From positions 1-41,815 of the forward strand of contig JAZRAB010000125.1 of assembly GCA_045634345.1 (NCBI GenBank): DNA of 41,815 nucleotides. The letters run 5' to 3'. The notes under the pieces were generated by a model, which saw only the letters and a list, made by a program, of their open reading frames with translations, was not told the origin of the DNA and ran no database searches. Made by a program: the position numbers and the translations under genes. Positions 28,848 through 38,427 of this stretch are shown here, piece after piece. The DNA comes from Candidatus Flemingiibacterium sp. GTDB lineage: Bacteria > Bacillota > Clostridia > Oscillospirales > CAG-272. Position 1 is the first letter of the stretch. Every line of letters starts with the position of its first letter.

Positions 28848-30386
28848 ATGAACAACAATCGTCAGCCAAATAACGGCAGGGGCAATCCACCGCGTACCCC
28901 GCAACAAGGGAATACGCAAAATCGTTCCCCAAGGGGCACATCCCAACAAAATAGAGGAGCGGTCAGGAAGACTCCTCCGCGAGGTAATGCTGTAAATGCG
29001 ACACATTCGCAGTCATCTATGAGCAGGATCAAAAACCAAACGCCGACCAACCGACGCGCGACAAAACGTGAGGTCAAGCTGACTCCCGAGCAGATCGAGA
29101 TCAACAAGGTAAACCGTCAGAGGGAGAGGTACTATATAAAGAAACGCCGTTCCGCGGTGATAAAGACTTTTATTGCAAGATTTCTTTTGTTTCTCGTGGT
29201 ATTCGCGCTGATGGCAGGACTCTTTGCAGCACTGTTTTTCTTCAGTCTCAATCGTGCACCGTCGAATGACTCATCCAGATACAGTTATGTGATTGGCGAT
29301 GACAAATATTCGCTTCCAAATTCCACAGCGGTCAGAAATGGACGGGTTTATATCAGCTTTACCGATATCGCGCGCATGTGTGATCTTGCTGCGACAGGCT
29401 CAAGTGAGGATATGAAGTATGTTATCAAAGGCGACGAGGCGGAGACGATTCGTTTTGTCACTGATTCGCGCCTTGTTTATGTCAACGGTGTGGAGACAAG
29501 ACTCGGAGCGGAATGTTATTATGAGGATGGCGAGTTATATGTCCCTGTCGATTTTGTCAGCGCTTATTTTAAGGGAATCGACATCGAGGTGGATGAGCGT
29601 GCGCACAAGGTAACTGTTAAACGCATTATTACCAATCTTAATGAAAACGGTAAGCTTCCGCGCGGGGAAGAGGCTGTTTACGGTGAGCTTTCCTTTCTGC
29701 TTCAGTCACCGACAGGGCTTAAACCGCTTGACGAGGAAGCAGAAGCTATGGCGCAGCTTCCCGATCTCGGCTTTTTGACAAACCTTGTCGTTTATGAGGA
29801 TTACATGAATCCCGGTAATACCGATGAATTTTTGACACTTGTTAATCATGACAACAAACTTGGTTCCGATCATATTCCGCAGGATCTCAGAGCTGTTGCC
29901 GATACGCGCGATGACGGTCGTGAGACACAGATGCTTCGTGAGTATGCGGCAATGTCACTTGAGGCTATGTTCAGGGAGCTTCGTGCGGCAGGCTTTGAGG
30001 ATGTAAGCGTGACGAGTGCTTACAGAAGCTATAGTTATCAGGAATATCTCTTTAATTACTATACCGCGCAGGGCGGTATTGAATATGCTTCTACGGTTTC
30101 CATGCCCGCAGGCTCGAGCGAGCATCAGACCGGACTTTGTGTTGATATGCACAATCTTCCTGCTGCAAGCAAGGAATTTGCTAATGAGGATGCTTATAAG
30201 TGGTTAAAAGAGAATTGCTGGAAGTTCGGTTTCATTCTCCGTTATCCCGAGGATAAGACCGAAATTACGCGCATATCCTTTGAACCGTGGCACTACCGCT
30301 ATGTCGGACGGTATCATGCACAGAGAATATATCAGATGGATATGTGCCTCGAGGAGTATCTTGCCTATATTTCAAACGGGGGCTGA
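28848..30386 (+). CDS. VanY/M15B-family D-alanyl-D-alanine carboxypeptidase with a disordered N/Q/P/R-rich N-terminus and TM anchor
   Basis: The translation has SAYRSYSYQ, SEHQTGLCVDM and EPWHYRYVG motifs. ATG at 28848 follows AGAGG. Confidence 0.75.
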   Translation: MNNNRQPNNGRGNPPRTPQQGNTQNRSPRGTSQQNRGAVRKTPPRGNAVNATHSQSSMSRIKNQTPTNRRATKREVKLTPEQIEINKVNRQRERYYIKKRRSAVIKTFIARFLLFLVVFALMAGLFAALFFFSLNRAPSNDSSRYSYVIGDDKYSLPNSTAVRNGRVYISFTDIARMCDLAATGSSEDMKYVIKGDEAETIRFVTDSRLVYVNGVETRLGAECYYEDGELYVPVDFVSAYFKGIDIEVDERAHKVTVKRIITNLNENGKLPRGEEAVYGELSFLLQSPTGLKPLDEEAEAMAQLPDLGFLTNLVVYEDYMNPGNTDEFLTLVNHDNKLGSDHIPQDLRAVADTRDDGRETQMLREYAAMSLEAMFRELRAAGFEDVSVTSAYRSYSYQEYLFNYYTAQGGIEYASTVSMPAGSSEHQTGLCVDMHNLPAASKEFANEDAYKWLKENCWKFGFILRYPEDKTEITRISFEPWHYRYVGRYHAQRIYQMDMCLEEYLAYISNGG

Positions 30387-30439
30387 TTTCCCTAGGGGAA
30401 AATGAATTTTTGCTTGATTTACTTTGTTAAAATGTACAT

Positions 30440-30470
30440 GACAGCCGCGCTTTTTGTGAGCGCGGCTGTC
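30440..30470. terminator. 12-bp stem hairpin downstream of the VanY-like gene
   Basis: The sequence is GACAGCCGCGCT-ttttgtg-AGCGCGGCTGTC. Confidence 0.6.
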
Positions 30471-30507
30471 AACGCTTACGAAATTTTTTGTTGGGACCGC
30501 GTGCCAC

Positions 30508-30536
30508 TTGACAAAATGCGGTTTTTTTCATATAAT
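30508..30536 (+). promoter_or_regulatory. Consensus promoter of the aspartate kinase gene
   Basis: The plus strand reads TTGACA, a 17-nt spacer, then TATAAT. The leader of about 50 nt leaves no room for an L-box. Confidence 0.7.
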
Positions 30537-30591
30537 ATAATATATGCTTTATTTTTGTCAATATAATTTATTATAGATAGAGGTTATTAAC

Positions 30592-31905
30592 GTGCTAAAA
30601 GTAGTAAAATTCGGCGGTAGCTCACTCGCGGATGCCGCACAGTTCAAAAAGGTTGCAGGTATTATAAAGGCGGAGAAAGAACGCCGTTATGTTGTTCCGT
30701 CCGCACCCGGTAAGCGCTTTAAAGAGGATACCAAGGTTACAGATATGCTCTATACCTGCTATGATATGGCGGCAAGAGGCGAGGATATCAATGAGTATTT
30801 TTCTCATATTGAGGAGCGTTATAACGGAATCATCGCCGAGCTTGGACTTGATTTCTCGCTTGACGAGGATTTTCATCTTATCAAAAATGCATTTATTCAT
30901 AAGGCAGGCCGTGACTTTGCGGCAAGCCGCGGTGAGTATCTTAACGGTAAGATACTTGCCCGTTATCTCGGGTTTGATTTTATAGATGCGGCAGAGGTTA
31001 TTTTCTTCAACGATAACGGGCTGTTCGATTCCGAGCGAACAAACTCGGTTCTCTCCGAGGTTCTTAAAAAGCATGAATACGCCGTTATTCCCGGATTTTA
31101 CGGCTCCATGCCTAACGATACCATTAAGACCTTCTCGCGCGGCGGCTCGGACATTACCGGCTCGATAGTCGCGCGTGCGGCAGAATGTGATGTTTACGAA
31201 AACTGGACTGATGTTGACGGTTTTCTTATGGCGGATCCGCGTATTATCGACTCTCCACGTGTTATCGGCGAGATCACCTACCGCGAGCTTCGTGAGCTTT
31301 CGTACATGGGCGCTACAGTACTTCACGAGGATGCGATTTTCCCCGTGCGTATTGCAGGTATTCCGATAAACATAAGAAACACCAACAATCCCGATGCCCA
31401 CGGCACATTCATCGTATCGTCGAGCGACAAATACGATACCGGAAATGTTATCACCGGTGTTGCAGGAAAGAAAGGCTTCTCGGTACTCACTATCGAAAAG
31501 GATATGATGAACGCAGAGGTTGGTTTTGGACGCCGTGTGCTTGAAGTGCTTGAGAATAACGGAGTGTGCTTCGAGCATCTGCCGTCAGGTATCGACAATA
31601 TGAGTATTGTCCTTAACACACATGAGATTGAGGGCAAGCGCGAGGCTATCAAGACCGGTATCTGCCGCAATGTCAATCCCGAGACGCTTGAAATTGAGGA
31701 CGGTCTTGCACTTGTTGCGGTCGTAGGACGCGCGATGGTTAAAGCAAAAGGAACTGCGGCACGTGTATTTAAGGCAATAAGCGGTGCCGGTATTAACATC
31801 CGTATGATCGACCAGGGATCAAGCGAGATCAGTATTATCGTCGGTGTAGAGGAAGCAGACTTTGAAGAAGCACTTCGCGCTATATATCAGGAATTTGTTT
31901 ATTAA
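30592..31905 (+). CDS. Aspartate kinase
   Basis: The start is GTG. The translation has VVKFGGSSLAD and C-terminal ACT-type repeats (LVAVVGRAM..., ISIIVGVEE). Confidence 0.85.
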   Translation: MLKVVKFGGSSLADAAQFKKVAGIIKAEKERRYVVPSAPGKRFKEDTKVTDMLYTCYDMAARGEDINEYFSHIEERYNGIIAELGLDFSLDEDFHLIKNAFIHKAGRDFAASRGEYLNGKILARYLGFDFIDAAEVIFFNDNGLFDSERTNSVLSEVLKKHEYAVIPGFYGSMPNDTIKTFSRGGSDITGSIVARAAECDVYENWTDVDGFLMADPRIIDSPRVIGEITYRELRELSYMGATVLHEDAIFPVRIAGIPINIRNTNNPDAHGTFIVSSSDKYDTGNVITGVAGKKGFSVLTIEKDMMNAEVGFGRRVLEVLENNGVCFEHLPSGIDNMSIVLNTHEIEGKREAIKTGICRNVNPETLEIEDGLALVAVVGRAMVKAKGTAARVFKAISGAGINIRMIDQGSSEISIIVGVEEADFEEALRAIYQEFVY

Positions 31906-31922
31906 AAAAGAAGGCGAACAGG

Positions 31923-32729
31923 TTGTATAAAATATTCGATATCCATACCCATACCTATCCCGAGGCTATAGCAGAAAGAGCGGTAACAAGTCTTAACGCA
32001 TTCTATGAGTTTATTTGCGAGGGCAAAGGCACATATGCCGACCTTGAGGCTCACAGCCGCGCGAATAATGTTAAAGGTATGCTGCTTTTTTCCGTCGCAA
32101 CCAACGCCCATCAGGTGCAGAAGGTGAACGATTCGATTGCCGCGCTTGCGAAAAAATCGCGCGAGGACGGCTTTGAAACAGTTGGGTTCATGGGTATGCA
32201 TCAGGATTACCCCGATTTCGCCGCAGAGGTCGAGCGTGCGGAGTTGTTGGGACTTCGCGGAGTCAAGATACATCCCGATATCCAAGGTGTTGATATTGAC
32301 TCTCCCCGTATGATGGAGCTTTATGAGATCATCGAAGGGCGTATGCCGCTTTACCTTCATATGGGTGACAACCGTCCGCAATACCGCTTTTCTGAGCCGA
32401 AGAAGCTTGCAAAGGTGCTTGACAAGTTCCCGAAATTAGAGGTGGTAGCCGCACATCTTGGCGGATACAATACATGGGGTGAGGGGATAGAATATCTTGC
32501 CGGCAGACCGAACGTGTGGTATGACACGTCGAGCGCGGTGTGGTTTATGACTCCCGACTATGCAGGCGAGCTGATACATAAGCTCGGTACAGACCGAGTG
32601 ATGTTCGGTACGGATTATCCGGTTAAGAACACTGCGGGCGAGATCGAGCGCATTCTAAAGATAGACCTCACCGAAAAAGAGCGCGAGGATATTTTCTATA
32701 ATAATGCAAAGAGATTTTTAAAGATATGA
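31923..32729 (+). CDS. Metal-dependent amidohydrolase-family (TIM-barrel) protein
   Basis: The translation has IFDIHTHTYP, HLGG and FGTDYP motifs. The start is TTG (ATG is absent), so the exact start is uncertain. Confidence 0.65.
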   Translation: MYKIFDIHTHTYPEAIAERAVTSLNAFYEFICEGKGTYADLEAHSRANNVKGMLLFSVATNAHQVQKVNDSIAALAKKSREDGFETVGFMGMHQDYPDFAAEVERAELLGLRGVKIHPDIQGVDIDSPRMMELYEIIEGRMPLYLHMGDNRPQYRFSEPKKLAKVLDKFPKLEVVAAHLGGYNTWGEGIEYLAGRPNVWYDTSSAVWFMTPDYAGELIHKLGTDRVMFGTDYPVKNTAGEIERILKIDLTEKEREDIFYNNAKRFLKI

Positions 32730-33823
32730 AGATATGTCATTCGGTAAAAGAAATTAATGTAAGCCGCGATATGTGGCAGATGCTTTGTGAAAGCACAAAA
32801 CCGATAGTGATGTACGGCATGGGAAACGGCGCGGATAAGATCCTCGCCGTTTTTTCCCAAAAGGGAATAGAGGTTTCGGATTTCTTCGCTTCCGACGGTT
32901 TTGTGCGTCATCAAACCTTTCATGGCAAGACTGTCATGAGCTATGCGGAGATATGTGAGAAGTACGACGATTTCATCGTTGTTGTTTCGTTTGGCTCGCG
33001 CCTTCCCGAGGTGCTTGCAAATATTTACAGGCTTGATAGTGAGCGTGAGTTATATGTCCCCGATGTTCCGGTTGTAAATGACGGAGAGTTGTTTGATCTT
33101 GCTTTCTTTGAGCGGCACCGTGATGAGCTTGATGCGGCGTGCGAGCTTTTTTGCGATGATTTGTCACGGCAGACATTTTGCGATGTGATACTTTACCGTC
33201 TGACGGGAAAGATTGAGTATCTCCGTCGGCATACGGCAGTGCCCGATGAGGTGATGAATAATATACTCAATGCAAGAAAATACCGATTCACTGCCGATCT
33301 TGGTGCATACAACGGCGACAGTATACGCGAGCTTCGAGAGTGCGCCCCAAGACTTACACGGATTGTCGCGTTTGAGCCTGATGCACGGACATATAAAAAG
33401 CTTACTGCATTTTCCGATACAGTATCATACGATATCAAAGCCTATAACTGTGCCGCATGGGACAGTGATACAACACTCGAATTTACCGCAGGCGGCAATA
33501 GAAATTCGACTCTTATTGGCAGTGAAGGCGTTAAGACGGGAGCTAAGATAAAGACAGTAGAGGCGGCACGCCTTGACAGCTTTTACAGCGGTGAGTGTGA
33601 TTATATCAAATACGATGTTGAGGGTGCGGAGTATGAGGCAATTCTCGGTTCACGTGAGACCATAGAGAGGGAACATCCGCAGCTCTTGGTGTCGCTGTAT
33701 CATAGAAGCGAGGATATCTACCGATTGCCGATGCTTATTAAATCGCTCGGCTACAGTAAGCTTTATCTGCGCAGATATGAATATCTTCCGGCATGGGATC
33801 TTAACTTGCTGGCTGTTGAATAA
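32726..33823 (+). CDS. FkbM-family methyltransferase
   Basis: The C-terminal half carries an FkbM-like block (DLGAYNGDS...FEPD...IKYDVEGAE). The start overlaps the upstream stop (ATGA). Confidence 0.65.
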   Translation: MKICHSVKEINVSRDMWQMLCESTKPIVMYGMGNGADKILAVFSQKGIEVSDFFASDGFVRHQTFHGKTVMSYAEICEKYDDFIVVVSFGSRLPEVLANIYRLDSERELYVPDVPVVNDGELFDLAFFERHRDELDAACELFCDDLSRQTFCDVILYRLTGKIEYLRRHTAVPDEVMNNILNARKYRFTADLGAYNGDSIRELRECAPRLTRIVAFEPDARTYKKLTAFSDTVSYDIKAYNCAAWDSDTTLEFTAGGNRNSTLIGSEGVKTGAKIKTVEAARLDSFYSGECDYIKYDVEGAEYEAILGSRETIEREHPQLLVSLYHRSEDIYRLPMLIKSLGYSKLYLRRYEYLPAWDLNLLAVE

Positions 33824-33826
33824 ATG

Positions 33827-33856
33827 AAAACCACGTCATAAGGCGTGGTTTTTGTT
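33827..33856 (+). terminator. Intrinsic terminator
   Basis: AAAACCACG-tcataagg-CGTGGTTTT is followed by a T-run. Confidence 0.75.
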
Positions 33857-33932
33857 TACTTGTGCAGCATACTAATTATAAACAAAAGGGTATTTTTCAA
33901 CGTGATGCACTTGTTAAAAGGGGGCAGGCGAA

Positions 33933-34541
33933 GTGACGCTTTATGCCGGGATATTATTGCTTGAAAAGTTTATCAAACATATTGAAGCCATGCAGCTCCC
34001 GCGGTGTGACGAGTGGTGGTTCTACTCCTATGATTTCACACGGTTCGGTATGGTGCTTGATATGTGCCACTGTGCGGATTATACGGTTGAATCAGATGAC
34101 GAATTCACGATGACCGTTGATGAAGCATTTGCGGTTACGGAAATCACATGCGACATGATGACCGTAGCAGAGTTTGCCGCGCTTCATCATGTACAGCCGG
34201 TTGCTGTACGCCAATGGATCCGCCGCGGCAAGCTCCGTGCTATCAAGAAGCAAGGGCGCGATTGGCTGATCGCTTCGATTGCGGAGAAGCCCTCCCGGAA
34301 TTACAAGCCGGTGAGATATGAATGGGACTACATTGATGAGGTGCTTTATAAATCGTTCCCATTCCTAAAAGGTGTTAACTCCTTGCGGATCAAACAGGAT
34401 GTAGATGACAAATCTAATTTTGATATTTCTCTCGGTGATAGTATTCATATGAAGATTACGTCTGCAGAATGTGAGAGGTTGGAGCTTGCGTTGTTAGCAA
34501 TGAATGATATTGAGGTTGATGAATCCGATGATTACATATGA
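33933..34541 (+). CDS. Excisionase/MerR-type HTH DNA-binding protein
   Basis: A GTG start follows AAGGGGG. The central MTVAEFAALHHVQPVAVRQWIRRGKLRAIKKQGRDWLI matches the excisionase-family HTH. Confidence 0.6.
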   Translation: MTLYAGILLLEKFIKHIEAMQLPRCDEWWFYSYDFTRFGMVLDMCHCADYTVESDDEFTMTVDEAFAVTEITCDMMTVAEFAALHHVQPVAVRQWIRRGKLRAIKKQGRDWLIASIAEKPSRNYKPVRYEWDYIDEVLYKSFPFLKGVNSLRIKQDVDDKSNFDISLGDSIHMKITSAECERLELALLAMNDIEVDESDDYI

Positions 34542-34571
34542 TAACGAACTTTGATTGTTAATATTCAACCC

Positions 34572-34624
34572 TCGATAGTGTCGATGTTAATTTGTCGAAA
34601 CTTTCGATGAAATTCTGTCGAGGG
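34572..34624. repeat. 23-bp direct repeats with phased TCGA cores, framed by a 7-bp inverted repeat
   Basis: TCGA occurs at 34572, 34581, 34595, 34604 and 34618, giving spacings of 9, 14, 9 and 14. The repeat units TCGATAGTGTCGATGTTAATTTG and TCGAAACTTTCGATGAAATTCTG match at about 16 of 23 positions. CCCTCGA and TCGAGGG form the frame. Confidence 0.5.
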
Positions 34625-34626
34625 TA

Positions 34627-34872
34627 TTGACTAAAGAGTTTGGTTTTACAGACATACCCAAAGAAAAGACCGAGATATCCATGATTGAATCCGCTTCGAT
34701 CAACAACTGCAGATGTGATAAAAGTAAACCCTATTGTGCCGCTTGTCAGAATCGAATGCTGATACCGTTATCGGAGCAAGCCGTCTATAAGAACCTTGAT
34801 CGCAAGGATGCGCTTGCAGGAGATATAATAGGAATATGTCTAATGTTACCAGATGAAACATGCTATTATTAG
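34627..34872 (+). CDS. Doubtful small Cys-rich ORF
   Basis: The start is TTG with no convincing RBS, and an internal ATG lies at 34681. The ORF is kept only because no better ORF covers this stretch. Confidence 0.25.
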   Translation: MTKEFGFTDIPKEKTEISMIESASINNCRCDKSKPYCAACQNRMLIPLSEQAVYKNLDRKDALAGDIIGICLMLPDETCYY

Positions 34873-34949
34873 CAACTATTAACTGTTTATCGGAGTACTG
34901 CTGTAGATATACCATAAATTACATTTTTCTTACAGAACAGTTCAAATGA

Positions 34950-34978
34950 TTGACAGCAATATATTTTTGTAGTACAAT
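34950..34978 (+). promoter_or_regulatory. Consensus sigma-A-type promoter
   Basis: The plus strand reads TTGACA (34950-34955), a 17-nt spacer, then TACAAT (34973-34978). Confidence 0.7.
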
Positions 34979-35109
34979 TATTGCAGAGTTTCCATTGGTG
35001 CATTTTCCGGTGCGTTCACGTCGGAATGTAAAGTCCGCCGGATGGAAGCTTTGTTATTACCGACGGAACAGTTCTTTAAGACTGTTATCTTTCGTTGTAA
35101 TAATTAGGG

Positions 35110-35177
35110 AAAAACGAATCTTCTCCTCTAAAGGGACTTGTATCCCACAGACTTGAGAATGATTCGTTTTTATTTTA
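35110..35177 (+). terminator. Long hairpin plus T-run ending an approximately 200-nt leader or small RNA
   Basis: AAAAACGAATC.TTCTC pairs with GAGAA.GATTCGTTTTT, giving 11+5 bp, and is followed by TATTTT. Confidence 0.6.
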
Positions 35178-35335
35178 CTCCTGAAAATGTATGTAAAAAT
35201 ATAAAACACGATCAAAAAGTCCGTTTTGTTGGACACAAGCTGTGCTAAAATAATATGACCATACGAGATACACGCGATGTTACGCATAGCATAGAAAGGA
35301 ATCTTTCGCTAAGGCGAAAGCCATGGTGGTTAGTT

Positions 35336-36136
35336 ATGAATGAAATTTGCCATTTGTTGAATCAATATCCACTGGAAAAGCACTATAAAGATTGCGAGAA
35401 GTATCTTAATTGCTCTATCAATTGGGATACTGTTTCTGAAAATATTCGAAAGGAACGCACAATTTATATTGACGTATCGGATGTGATTTCGCTTTTTCCT
35501 CACTTGGAGCTGGATGAAAACTATAAATTGCTCTGCTACCTTTCTTCTGAATACCACGGCATCTGGGGCAGAATAGCGGCAATAAAAAACGGGGATACAA
35601 GGGAACCTTTATATGATGAAGAGGCGAAGCTTGGGACACTAATTTTGGGTGGAGATTTTAAATTGCCGAAAAGTGCATCTCCGCCAATGGAAGCAATATA
35701 TCATGACGGAACAAGTGAAGGTTATTTTGAGGCGGTATTATGTACGCTTTTTCTTCAAGCTATTCCTTATAGGTATTATGAGCAGGAACATTGGAATATA
35801 ATCATGACCGAGCCGCCTTCGGATTTGACAGAAAAGTGGCATACTGTTGTTGATATAACCGATTGGACGCCTCGTATCGTTGGTAACAAGATTATTGCTT
35901 TCGTACGAGATATTGAAAATGGATGTGGTAGTTCCGATGGCTGCGACCATATATATTTAACACAGTTTAGTTTTGAAAGATACTTAGGCCATTATCACGT
36001 TTTCAAAGAGAATAAAACGCACTCTATGTATAAAAATCAAATTAATGACGATAGGCGTTATAATGATAAAAGACATTGCTGTGTGTGTTCGGGGAACCCG
36101 GTATTGATAGCAAAAGAAAAGAGCAGGCTTGAATAA
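35336..36136 (+). CDS. Hypothetical protein, no recognisable family (C-terminal HCCVCSG)
   Basis: The ORF is clean and lies in a visibly AT-rich segment. ATG at 35336 has GGTGG 6 nt upstream. The track start at 35255 lacks an RBS. Confidence 0.55.
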   Translation: MNEICHLLNQYPLEKHYKDCEKYLNCSINWDTVSENIRKERTIYIDVSDVISLFPHLELDENYKLLCYLSSEYHGIWGRIAAIKNGDTREPLYDEEAKLGTLILGGDFKLPKSASPPMEAIYHDGTSEGYFEAVLCTLFLQAIPYRYYEQEHWNIIMTEPPSDLTEKWHTVVDITDWTPRIVGNKIIAFVRDIENGCGSSDGCDHIYLTQFSFERYLGHYHVFKENKTHSMYKNQINDDRRYNDKRHCCVCSGNPVLIAKEKSRLE

Positions 36137-36222
36137 ATTATTCAGAATTGCAAACAAATTATGCAAAATCGATTATCAATCGCAGCATAAAAAACAGACA
36201 GCTTATTGGAAAGGAGCGCATT

Positions 36223-37470
36223 ATGTCGTCATACAGCGAGCTTATTAAAAGCTTCGAGCGTATTCGCGCGTATATGCGTGAGTTTTACGTTTACGGCTTC
36301 AAGAGCCGCGATGAATACAACAAAAAAAGTGCGCGCTCATACGATGACGAGCGCCGACGTATGGAGAGTTGGCTCGGAGATCATATGGGCTTTGTCCGCA
36401 CACCGGAGGGTAAGAACGTATTTATATCCATCGATAGTCGCAGCATAAAGCATAACCCGTTTTATAAGGCGTGGAAAGCAAAAAGCTTCACCGATGGTGA
36501 TATTACGCTTCATTTCATTCTTTTCGATATCCTGCATTCACAGGAAACTATGTTATCGCTTTCCGAAATATTGAACCTTATTGATGAAAAGTATCTTTCC
36601 AAATTTGACGAACCGATGATGTTTGATGAATCCACTGTTCGCAAGAAGCTGAAGGAATACGCAAAAGAAGGTATTATTATTGCCGAAAAGCAGGGCAAGA
36701 AAATGCTCTACCGCCGCGCTGACGATGTTCAGATGTCAGATATCGGCGATGTGCTCGACTTCTATTCCGAGGTGGCACCGTGCGGAGTTATCGGCTCATT
36801 TTTGCTCGACAAAGACGAGCCGCACGATGATATATTTACCTTCAAGCACCATTACATAACCTCGGCTATGGACAGCGGAGTTCTCGCGGCGTTGTTTACA
36901 GCAATGCGAAATAAATGCGCGATCACCGTGCTTAATCATAGCCGCAGGAGCGAGGATGCAAGAAAAAACAGAATAATTCCGCTTCGCATATTTATAAGTG
37001 TGCAAAGCGGCAGACAGCATTTGCTTGCGTACCACCCCGATTTCAACTGCATAAACTCTTTTCGTGTGGATTATCTGTCAGATGTAAGAATAGAAGAACC
37101 CACACCGCGTTTTGACGAGCTTCGCGCAACGCTCGATTCCATGCAGACGAAAATATGGGGCGTTGCAACGAAAAAAGAGGATGTTACAGAGCACATCGAA
37201 TTTACGGTTGTGATCGATCCGCACGAGGACTTTATAATTGAAAGACTTGAACGTGAAAAGCGTATCGGCAGGGTGGAAAAGCTCGACGAGCTTACATACC
37301 GCTTTGTAGCGGACGTTTACGACACATCAGAGCTTGTTCCTTGGATGCGGACGTTTATCTGCCGTATCACAGACATGAAGTTTACGAATAAGATGATCGA
37401 AAAACGGTTCAAGCGCGATATTGAGGAAATGTACCGTATGTACGGCATAGATGCGGGGGTGGCGGAATGA
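36223..37470 (+). CDS. WYL-domain protein (N-terminal wHTH-like region, WYL, C-terminal WCX-like region)
   Basis: ATG at 36223 follows AAGGAG. The WYL-like core is IIPLRIFISVQSGRQHLLAYHPDFNCINSFRVDYLSDVRI. The C-terminal extension resembles that of PafBC/BrxR-type regulators. Confidence 0.7.
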   Translation: MSSYSELIKSFERIRAYMREFYVYGFKSRDEYNKKSARSYDDERRRMESWLGDHMGFVRTPEGKNVFISIDSRSIKHNPFYKAWKAKSFTDGDITLHFILFDILHSQETMLSLSEILNLIDEKYLSKFDEPMMFDESTVRKKLKEYAKEGIIIAEKQGKKMLYRRADDVQMSDIGDVLDFYSEVAPCGVIGSFLLDKDEPHDDIFTFKHHYITSAMDSGVLAALFTAMRNKCAITVLNHSRRSEDARKNRIIPLRIFISVQSGRQHLLAYHPDFNCINSFRVDYLSDVRIEEPTPRFDELRATLDSMQTKIWGVATKKEDVTEHIEFTVVIDPHEDFIIERLEREKRIGRVEKLDELTYRFVADVYDTSELVPWMRTFICRITDMKFTNKMIEKRFKRDIEEMYRMYGIDAGVAE

Positions 37471-38378
37471 TATTCAGTGAGCTTTACTCGGCTTATTATA
37501 ACGCCGTTGCGAGCATTATCGGTAAGCTGCTTTCGGGCGAGACCGACGAAAAAGAGCTTGCACGCTGCGTTTCAAAGTATGCGTTCGGAGAAAGCATGCT
37601 TACTATACTTCCATCTCTGAAAAGCGAGAAATGGCAGCTTCTACACGCCGATTTGACGACACATATCGAGCACAAGCCCACCATGCCGCTGACAAACATT
37701 GAAAAACAGTGGATCAAGGCAATCTCGCTTGATCCGCGAATCAAACTGTTCGGTGTTGATTTTGGCGCACTCGATGATGTTGAGCCGTTATTCACCGCAG
37801 AGGATTACTACATATATGATAAGTACGCGGACGGTGACCCTTATGAAGACGAGGGATACATCAAGCGTTTCCGTATGATTCTTGCGGCGATACGCGACCG
37901 CAAGCCTCTGCATATTGAGATGATAAACCGCAAGGGGCAGAATGTTGATATGAATGTTATCCCCGAACGGCTTGAGTATTCGGAGAAGGATGATAAATTC
38001 AGGCTTATTACGTCAGGTGTGCGGTACGGCGGCACAGTAAATCTGGGACGGCTTACAAGTGTCAGACACTATAACGGAAGCAGACTGTCTGATGCACCGC
38101 TTCGACCACCTGTGATAAAAAGTCTAACTTTGACCGTAACAGATGAGCGAAATGCACTTGAGCGAGTGATGCTTCATTTTGCCCACTTTGAAAAGCGTGC
38201 GGAAAAGATAGACGATATACACTACCAACTGACCGTAAACTATGACCGTGACGATGAAACGGAGCTTGTTATCCGTGTGCTTTCGTTTGGACCGATGGTC
38301 AAGGTGGAAGCTCCGGAGCATTTCGTTGATTTGATAAAAGAGCGCTTGATGCGCCAAAAAAACTGCAATTTAACTTAA
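37467..38378 (+). CDS. Second WYL-domain protein (lacks an obvious HTH)
   Basis: The start overlaps the upstream stop (ATGA). The WYL-like core is KPLHIEMINRKGQNVDMNVIPERLEYSEKDDKFRLITSG...LGRLTSVR. The WCX-like tail is VLSFGPMVKVEAPEHFVDLIKERL. Confidence 0.65.
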   Translation: MIFSELYSAYYNAVASIIGKLLSGETDEKELARCVSKYAFGESMLTILPSLKSEKWQLLHADLTTHIEHKPTMPLTNIEKQWIKAISLDPRIKLFGVDFGALDDVEPLFTAEDYYIYDKYADGDPYEDEGYIKRFRMILAAIRDRKPLHIEMINRKGQNVDMNVIPERLEYSEKDDKFRLITSGVRYGGTVNLGRLTSVRHYNGSRLSDAPLRPPVIKSLTLTVTDERNALERVMLHFAHFEKRAEKIDDIHYQLTVNYDRDDETELVIRVLSFGPMVKVEAPEHFVDLIKERLMRQKNCNLT

Positions 38379-38392
38379 AAAACACGTTTTTC

Positions 38393-38425
38393 GCTGCGAA
38401 CTTTAATGAGTTCGCAGCTTTTTTT
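38393..38425 (+). terminator. Intrinsic terminator of the WYL pair
   Basis: GCTGCGAAC-tttaatga-GTTCGCAGC is followed by TTTTTTT. Confidence 0.8.
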
Positions 38426-38427
38426 CC

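Noticed and set aside
30387-30591. Lysine (L-box) riboswitch upstream of aspartate kinase
   Set aside because: The promoter-to-start distance is only about 50 nt, and no L-box motifs are present.
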